DNA of 64,000 nt from Verrucomicrobiota bacterium (GTDB lineage Bacteria; Verrucomicrobiota; Verrucomicrobiia; Limisphaerales; UBA8199): NCBI GenBank assembly GCA_012517205.1, contig JAAYVL010000103.1:2413-66412 (forward strand), in the 5' to 3' direction. The notes under the pieces were generated by a model. It made no database searches. It saw nothing but the letters and a program-made list of their open reading frames with translations, and was not told where the DNA came from. Positions 58,108-64,000 of the stretch are shown here, piece after piece (the first letter of the stretch is position 1; the number at the start of each line of letters is the position of its first letter). Both the position numbers and the translations under genes were made by a program.

Positions 58108-59547
58108 GTGCTTTCGGCGCAAGCCAGCTTTTATGCCCGGTGGCGCGTGCGGTGCGGAGTCGTCTCCGACCTGCGCGAGGAACGGGACTCGCCGCCCGAA
58201 CAGCTCCTGCAATCCATCTGGCAGCACCAGCGGTTGCTCCGCGAGCAGCTCAAAACCTTGGACGGCCGCCCGGTCCGGATTCTTCATCCCGGCTTTCGCA
58301 GCGTCGAGGGCGGGCCGGATTTCCGCGGCGCGGTCGTGCAATTCGGCGATCGCCCCCCGCAAAGCGGCGATGTGGAGGTGGACCTGCGCCCCCGCGGCTG
58401 GCGCGCTCACGGCCACGACCGCAACCCCGCCTTTCAGCGCGTCCTGCTCCACGTGGTCTGGGAAGACGGCCCGGCCGCGCCCGGCGCGCCGCCGACCCTG
58501 GGGCTGCGCCGGGCGCTGGATGCCCCGCTGGGCGAGCTGAGCCTGTGGCTGGGCGGCGAGGCCGCGCCGGGACTGCCGGAAACGCTGCGCGGCCAATGCT
58601 GCGCCCCGCTGCGCCAGCTTTCCCCGGCGCGGCTGACGCGCCTGCTGCACCAGGCGGCGCGGGTGCGCCTGCAAAGCAAGGCAACCCAATTTCAAGCGCG
58701 CGCCCGGAGCGCCGGCTGGGAACAGGCGTTGTGGGAGGGGCTCTTCCGCGCTTTGGGCTACAAACACAACTCCTGGCCCATGCTGCGCCTGGCCGAACTG
58801 CGGCCCCGCTGGCAGACGCCCGGCGCGCCGCCGTTCGCCTTGCAGGCGCGCCTGTTCGGCATCAGCGGCCTGCTGCCGGCCGAGCTGCCCCGCGCCCCCG
58901 CGGGCGGCAGCCGCTACGTGCGCCAAATCTGGGACTTCTGGTGGCGCGAACGCGACGCGTTCTCCGACTGCCTCCTGCCGCACACCCTGTGGCGCCTGCA
59001 CGGCTCGCGCCCCGCCAACCACCCGCTGCGCCGCCTCGCCCTGGCCTCCCAATGGCTGCGGGATGACCGCCTCGCGCCGAAACTGGAAGCATGGTGCCGC
59101 CGCGAAGTGCCGGCGGCGGCTCTGCCCGATTCACTGCTGGAGACGCTGCCCATCGAACCGGATGAGTTCTGGTCCTGGCATTGCACTTTCCGTTCGCCCC
59201 GCCTCCGACGGGCGCAGCCGCTCCTGGGCGCCGCGCGCATGACGGATTTGGCGGTCAATATCCTCCTGCCCTGGCTCTGGATGCGGGCGGCCGAGGGCGG
59301 CAATGCCCGGCTGCAGCACGCCCTCGAACAGCGCTATTTCTCCTGGCCGCCCGCCCAGGACAACTCAGCCCTGCGCCTGGCCCGGCAGCGATTGCTGGGC
59401 GGCGCCACCCCGCGCGCCCTGCCCGGGGCCGCCGCGCAACAGGGCCTGTTGCAAATGGTGCGGGATTTCTGCGACCACTCGAACGCCATCTGCGACCACT
59501 GCCAACTGCCGAAACTCGTGCAGGACTGGATGGCCGAGGACCCATAA
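58108..59547 (+). CDS. DUF2851 family protein
   Basis: This is the real 3' part of track ORF 56479..59547. PEQLLQSIWQHQRLLREQLKTLDGRPVRILHPGFRSVEGGPDFRGAVVQF matches the DUF2851 N-terminal pattern. The start is uncertain, either the GTG at 58108 or the GTG at 58147. There is no in-frame ATG. Confidence 0.65.
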   Translation: MLSAQASFYARWRVRCGVVSDLREERDSPPEQLLQSIWQHQRLLREQLKTLDGRPVRILHPGFRSVEGGPDFRGAVVQFGDRPPQSGDVEVDLRPRGWRAHGHDRNPAFQRVLLHVVWEDGPAAPGAPPTLGLRRALDAPLGELSLWLGGEAAPGLPETLRGQCCAPLRQLSPARLTRLLHQAARVRLQSKATQFQARARSAGWEQALWEGLFRALGYKHNSWPMLRLAELRPRWQTPGAPPFALQARLFGISGLLPAELPRAPAGGSRYVRQIWDFWWRERDAFSDCLLPHTLWRLHGSRPANHPLRRLALASQWLRDDRLAPKLEAWCRREVPAAALPDSLLETLPIEPDEFWSWHCTFRSPRLRRAQPLLGAARMTDLAVNILLPWLWMRAAEGGNARLQHALEQRYFSWPPAQDNSALRLARQRLLGGATPRALPGAAAQQGLLQMVRDFCDHSNAICDHCQLPKLVQDWMAEDP

Positions 59548-59832
59548 GCCCGGTGCCGGAATAAGGACGTTGACCTTTCGACCCCTCCGCGCCGGGAAAA
59601 CGAATACCCCAGCCCATTCCGACTTCCCGGCAACCTGAACCCCATAACCTCGGGAATATGCTCCCTCCCGAACCGGACGCCCAACTGTGCCAATTTGGCA
59701 CACCTCAGCCTCGACAGCAGCGCCCCATTGACCCTCTCGTGCGAGCCACTTTCGGGTAGCTCCTACAAACCATTCCATTTCCGCCAGCATCTTCATTCCT
59801 GCCAAAACCCCTGCTTTTCCCGTCCCAATTAG

Positions 59833-59929
59833 CCATGTACAAGGGGTGTACAAGGGATGCTCACCGGGTGAACACGGAAAAATCTGATGTGCATCCGGTG
59901 AGCATCCCTTGTACACCCCTTGTACACGG
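59833..59929 (+). repeat. Iteron hairpin element, copy 4 (best preserved)
   Basis: Left arm: CCATGTACAAGGGGTGTACAAGGGATGCTCACCGG at 59833-59867. Spacer: GTGAACACGGAAAAATCTGATGTGCAT, 27 nt. Right arm: CCGGTGAGCATCCCTTGTACACCCCTTGTACACGG at 59895-59929. The arms are complementary at 34 of 35 positions. Confidence 0.95.
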
Positions 59930-59968
59930 CTATGGATCAGCCAGTTGATAGCGGGAAATGATGGAAAG

Positions 59969-59985
59969 TGTCCAATAATTGGACA
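59969..59985. promoter_or_regulatory. Perfect palindrome TGTCCAATAATTGGACA (copy 2 of 2)
   Basis: Identical to 47507-47523. It lies about 40 bp right of hairpin copy 4. Confidence 0.6.
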
Positions 59986-60178
59986 GTCTGGGTTGCTGCG
60001 GGAAACGGAGGGGGGACGTGGTTGTTGGTGGCCGATTGGGTTGATAGGGTCGTCTTGAATTGCTGGCTCGCGGCGGAATTATCCGTGGGTGATTGGTGTG
60101 CCAATTTGGCACAGTTGATGGGCAATGCCTGGCTGGGGAGCATCCCCGGGAGACTCTTTCGGCGGGGCTCCGCCGGTC

Positions 60179-61633
60179 TCAAGGCAGGGCTTTAACGGCT
60201 TCGGTTGCCAGGTTCAGGATTCCGCCGGGGAACAGGCCCAGGTAGAGCATTCCCGCGATGCAGGCGTAGATGGCCAGGCGGATGGGGCCGGAAATCGGAA
60301 TGGGGGACAGGTCGGTTGCGTTGGCGGACCAATAGATGACCCGCACGACGTTGAAATAGTAGTAGAGCGAAATCACGATGCCGGCCAGGGCGAGGAAGGT
60401 CAGGTAATAATAGGCGGCACAGGCGGGGGCTTGTTCGAGGACGGCTTTGAGGAGCAGGAACTTGCCGAAGAAGCCGGCCAGCGGGGGAATCCCGGCGAAC
60501 GAGGCCATGGCCAGCGTCATCGTGGCGGCCAGCAGGGGCGAGCGCCGATGCAACCCCGCCAGGGCGCCGAGGTCTTCCCCGTCCACCTGGCGCAGCGCGA
60601 CACAGATCACGGTGAAAGCCGCCAGCACCGTGAACAGGTAGCCGCTTAAATAATAGAGGACCGCGGCGCGCCCGGCGGCGCTGAGGGCGGCCACGCCCAA
60701 AAGCAGGTAGCCGGCGTGGGCGATGCCGGAATAGCCCAGCAGCCGCTTGAGGTTGCGCTGCGGGATGGCGCACAGGTTGCCATAAAGAATGGAGGCGCCG
60801 GAAAGGAGCATGAGCAGGTGCGGCCAGTGCGCCGTGATGTCCGGCACGGCGAGGAAGAGCACGCGCAGCAGCAGGACAAAGCCGGCCGCCTTGGAGCCGA
60901 TGGCCAGAAACGCGGTGGTCGGGACCGGCGCGCCCTGGTAAACATCCGGAACCCAGATCTGGAACGGCACCACCGCAATCTTGAAGCCCAGCCCCGCGAG
61001 GATCAGCACCAGGCCAAAGAGGAAAACCCGGTTGCCGCCCAGGGCGCCCGCGGCCCGGGCCAGCCCGTCGAAGCTCAGGGTATGCGACAGGCCATACACC
61101 AGCGCGATGCCAAAGACCATGAAGGCGGTCGAGAGGGCGCCGATGACCAGGTATTTCACGCCGGCTTCGAGCGACGCCACCCGGTGGCGCTGGAAGCTGG
61201 TGAGGATGTAGAAGGTGATGGTGATCAGTTCAAGCGCGGCAAAGAGCAGGGTGAAGTTGTTGGCCGAGGCGGCAAACAGCATGCCGGCGAGGGCAAAGAG
61301 AACCAGGGCGTAATACTCGGAAAGGCCCGACGTGATGCGGTCGGCGAACTCGACCGACAGGAGCAGGACGAGGAGCGCCGCCAGCAGGAAGAAGCGCTTG
61401 AAGAAGAGCGCCAGTCCATCCAGCACATACATCTGGCTGAACGCATAGCCGGCCGCGCCCTCCGGGGGCACCCGCACGCAGACCAGGCTGTAGAGCAGGA
61501 TCAGGCCCGTGCCCAGCGCGGCGACGTAGCCGAGTTTGCGTTTGGCCGGGAGCGGCAGCCATAAATCCACGAGCAGCAGCCCCAGCCCGAGGGCGAGCAC
61601 CAGCAGTTCGTGACTGAGCAACAGTGTGTTCAT
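60179..61633 (-). CDS. nuoN: NADH-quinone oxidoreductase subunit N
   Basis: 484-aa polytopic antiporter-like subunit, the last of the L-M-N order. The start overlaps the nuoM stop by 4 nt. Confidence 0.9.
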   Translation of the reverse strand: MNTLLLSHELLVLALGLGLLLVDLWLPLPAKRKLGYVAALGTGLILLYSLVCVRVPPEGAAGYAFSQMYVLDGLALFFKRFFLLAALLVLLLSVEFADRITSGLSEYYALVLFALAGMLFAASANNFTLLFAALELITITFYILTSFQRHRVASLEAGVKYLVIGALSTAFMVFGIALVYGLSHTLSFDGLARAAGALGGNRVFLFGLVLILAGLGFKIAVVPFQIWVPDVYQGAPVPTTAFLAIGSKAAGFVLLLRVLFLAVPDITAHWPHLLMLLSGASILYGNLCAIPQRNLKRLLGYSGIAHAGYLLLGVAALSAAGRAAVLYYLSGYLFTVLAAFTVICVALRQVDGEDLGALAGLHRRSPLLAATMTLAMASFAGIPPLAGFFGKFLLLKAVLEQAPACAAYYYLTFLALAGIVISLYYYFNVVRVIYWSANATDLSPIPISGPIRLAIYACIAGMLYLGLFPGGILNLATEAVKALP

Positions 61634-63234
61634 CCGCGAGAATTACGGGGGAAGGCCCCGGCCCGGCGGAGCGCCGCCGGGGAGGCGTCGGGGGGTTGAG
61701 GCGCGTCCCGGTCCGGAGCGGGGCGCGCGAGGATCCCCGGGCGGGCGGGGATTTCCGGCGCCAGGGCGGGGGCGACTTTTTCGCTGACGGCCGGCTTGAT
61801 TTTGTCGGTGAGCAGGCGCGGGTAGCATCCGAAGATCAGCAGGCTGGCCAGCAGGAGGAGGAAGGGGGCTTTGCGCCAGAGGTGCGGGGCGTCGGCCACT
61901 CCGGCCCAGGCTTCCGGCAGGGGGCCGTGCAGGAGGCCGCGGATCGCCCGCAGCATATAAACCGCCCCGATGACCAGGGCGCCCCAGCAGGCGAGGATCG
62001 TCACCAGCCGGTAGCTTTGCCAGGCGCCGAAGAAGACCGTGATCTCGCCGGCAAAGTTGGCAAATCCCGGCAGGCCGCACCCGGCGAACGCGGCCATCAT
62101 CAGCGCCGCGCCAATGAACGGCAGCCGCCGCAGCAGGCCGCCGAGCCGCGCGATTTCCAGCGTGCCGGTCTGCTGATACAGGTAGCCGCTCAGGCCGAAG
62201 GTCAGGGCGGCGAGGAAGCCGTGCGCGATCATCACCAGCACCGCGCCCGTGATTCCGACGAGGTTCAGGGCGGCGATGCCCAGGAAGACGAAGCCCATGT
62301 GGGCGACGCTGGAGTAGCCCACCAGGCGGTTGAAGTCCTTTTGGCGCATGGCCACCCAGCCGCCATAGAAGAGGTTGCCCAGGCACAGCCAGGCGAGGAT
62401 CGGCATCCAGTCGCGCGCCGCATCCGGCAGCAGCGGCAGCGCGATGCGGATCAGGCCGTAGAGGCCGAACTTCTTGAGCACGCCGGCATGGAGCATGGCG
62501 GTGGCGGAGGGGGCGGCGCTGTAGCCCGGCGGCGCCCAGGTGTGGAACGGCCAGAGCGAGACCAGGATGCCGAACCCGAACAGCAGCAGCGGGAAGATGA
62601 AGCCCTGGGCTCCGGGCGACAGGGGATGAGCGCGGAGATGCGCGGCCAGTTGCGGGATGTCGAACGTGCCCGCGCCCGCCTGCACGTAGAGCGCGATCAG
62701 CCCCACCAGGGCGAGGAGCGCGCCGAGGCTCAGGTAGAGCGTGATTTGGAAGGTGGCGTAGTCCTTTTGCTCGCCGCGGCCCCAGACGCCGATCATGATG
62801 AACGTCGGCACCAGCGCCAGCTCATGGAAGAAGTAGAAGCAGAAGAGATCGAGCGCGGCAAAGGCGCCGAGAATGCCGCCGGTCATGACCAGCAGCAGGA
62901 GGTAGAACTCTTTTTCGCGCTCCCGGATTTCCCAGGAGACGCAGGCCGCGGCGAAGGCCACGAGCGCCCCCATCAGGACCAGGCCGACGTTGATGCCATC
63001 CACGCCGACGTGGTAGCTGAGGCCCAGGCTGCGCACCCACGCCACCTGCTGCTCAAACTGGTAGCCGGCGGCGGCGGCGTCAAAGCGAAGGAACATTTTC
63101 ACCGCCAGCACCGCCGCCATCAACGTGGCCAGGATGGCGATGCCGCGGATCACCGGCCGGAAGGTGCGCGGCACCAGCAGCAGCACGATGGCGGCGCCGA
63201 GCGGCCAGCCCAGGATGTAGGTCAGCGGCGACAT
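61630..63234 (-). CDS. nuoM: NADH-quinone oxidoreductase subunit M
   Basis: 534 aa with a NuoM-like sequence (HTWAPPGYSAAPSATAMLHAGVLKKFGLYGLIR) and a Pro/Ala-rich C-terminal tail. Confidence 0.9.
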   Translation of the reverse strand: MSPLTYILGWPLGAAIVLLLVPRTFRPVIRGIAILATLMAAVLAVKMFLRFDAAAAGYQFEQQVAWVRSLGLSYHVGVDGINVGLVLMGALVAFAAACVSWEIREREKEFYLLLLVMTGGILGAFAALDLFCFYFFHELALVPTFIMIGVWGRGEQKDYATFQITLYLSLGALLALVGLIALYVQAGAGTFDIPQLAAHLRAHPLSPGAQGFIFPLLLFGFGILVSLWPFHTWAPPGYSAAPSATAMLHAGVLKKFGLYGLIRIALPLLPDAARDWMPILAWLCLGNLFYGGWVAMRQKDFNRLVGYSSVAHMGFVFLGIAALNLVGITGAVLVMIAHGFLAALTFGLSGYLYQQTGTLEIARLGGLLRRLPFIGAALMMAAFAGCGLPGFANFAGEITVFFGAWQSYRLVTILACWGALVIGAVYMLRAIRGLLHGPLPEAWAGVADAPHLWRKAPFLLLLASLLIFGCYPRLLTDKIKPAVSEKVAPALAPEIPARPGILARPAPDRDAPQPPDASPAALRRAGAFPRNSRG

Positions 63235-63236
63235 TT

Positions 63237-64000
63237 TTAGAACAAAACCAGGTAAAGGATCAGCCCCACGCCCAGCGCGAACAGGAGGGCGTAGGTCTGC
63301 AAGTTGCCCGTTTGCAGCAGGCGCAATGCGCGCCCGGCCAGTTCGGTGGTGCCATGCGTCCCGCGCACCGCCACGCCCGCAAGGATCCAGCGGTCGAACC
63401 CGTCGGCCACCCGGGCCAGGAAATCGTGCCCGCGGATGACGGTGGCCTGGTAGAGCTCGTCAAAGTAGAAGCGGTTGCGCATGGCCCGCCCCAGCGCCCC
63501 CAGCATCCCGGGCAGCGGATCTTGCGCCGCGCGGGCGTAAAGCCCATAGGCCGCCGCCAACCCGATGAGCACGGCCAGCAGGCCGCTGCCCGCCGCCACC
63601 GGCGCGTGGAGGAACGGGGCCACGAGGTCGCCGAGGAACGAGGCGGGCGCCGCCGCCGGTGCGGCGCAAAGCTGCCGCGCATACAGCCGCTCCCAGCCCA
63701 GGAGCCCGCCGGCCACGCTCAGCAGGGCCAGGATTCGGAGCGGCCAGGCGATGACCGGCGCGGATTCGCGGGCGTGCCCCGCCGCCTCGGATTTGGCTGA
63801 GCCCAGGAACGCCACGAAGACCAGCCGGAACATGTAGAGCGTCGTGAGGGCGGCCACCCCGATCCCCAGGGCGAACAGTCCGGGGTTGTGGTGCGCGGCC
63901 AGCGCCAGGATGCTGTCCTTGCTGTAAAAGCCGCTGAACGGAGGCACCCCGGCCAGGGCCAGCGTGCCCGCCATAAAGGTCCAGAACGTGACGGGCATCT
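63237..64000 (-). CDS. nuoL: NADH-quinone oxidoreductase subunit L, C-terminal part (5' end beyond the window)
   Basis: GTLALAGVPPFSGFYSKDSILA... The frame stays open to the window edge. The internal Met of the track ORF is not the true start. Confidence 0.85.
   Translation of the reverse strand, partial: MPVTFWTFMAGTLALAGVPPFSGFYSKDSILALAAHHNPGLFALGIGVAALTTLYMFRLVFVAFLGSAKSEAAGHARESAPVIAWPLRILALLSVAGGLLGWERLYARQLCAAPAAAPASFLGDLVAPFLHAPVAAGSGLLAVLIGLAAAYGLYARAAQDPLPGMLGALGRAMRNRFYFDELYQATVIRGHDFLARVADGFDRWILAGVAVRGTHGTTELAGRALRLLQTGNLQTYALLFALGVGLILYLVLF

Larger units (their letters stand above)
59683..60116. mobile_element. MITE-like 434-bp unit bounded by 22-bp inverted repeats AACTGTGCCAATTTGGCACACC / GGTGTGCCAATTTGGCACAGTT. 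It encloses iteron hairpin copy 4 and the TGTCCAATAATTGGACA palindrome.
   Basis: The repeats were read at 59683-59704 and 60095-60116. Each contains the palindrome TGTGCCAA-T-TTGGCACA, but the asymmetric flanks AAC/CC show an inverted arrangement. No target-site duplication is visible. Confidence 0.45.

Noticed and set aside
61624-63240. 538-aa plus-strand ORF
   Set aside because: It is antisense to nuoM, with Arg/Gly/Glu/Gln-rich composition.

Overview
GC-rich bacterial chromosomal segment. Gene content suggests a PVC-type (Verrucomicrobiota/Planctomycetota-like) organism: a plancto-type ECF sigma, a GHL10 hydrolase with a golvesin-like domain, a GldG/DUF4340 ABC system and DUF2851. That assignment is inference only. 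About 45 confident protein genes are present. Housekeeping genes are nadE, zwf, proA, folB, nuoL/M/N, tRNA-Pro(CGG) and tRNA-Leu(CAA). There is also a DeoR-controlled catabolic island with an E1(alpha-beta fusion)/E2/E3 2-oxoacid dehydrogenase complex, and a six-gene envelope operon (ABC ATPase, permease, GldG, DUF4340, AsmA-like, decayed ECF sigma). Many long track ORFs are antisense shadows caused by the high GC. Features worth a second look: (1) 11109-16665 is an operon matching the Ralstonia phcB-phcS-phcR logic: a SAM methyltransferase, a membrane histidine kinase, and a response regulator with a kinase-like output. It is preceded by a DUF2156/MprF-C-like transferase gene. (2) An unclassified family of about 100-bp hairpin elements is built from 11-bp-phased GTGTACAAGGG iterons. 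Four copies occur, at about 17.2, 32.3, 47.3 and 59.9 kb. Two carry a conserved module of about 250 bp and two carry a TGTCCAATAATTGGACA palindrome. All four sit in intergenic regions that also hold repeats, and two of them (32.3 and 47.3 kb) lie next to decayed IS remnants. (3) A decayed restriction-modification locus lies next to tRNA-Pro. A 1.36-kb REP-RAYT-REP block appears to have inserted into its methyltransferase gene, keeping the reading frame and flanked by a 7/8 direct repeat. (4) A HAD-Nudix fusion is translationally coupled to folB. No CRISPR array, rRNA, prophage or intact IS was seen.
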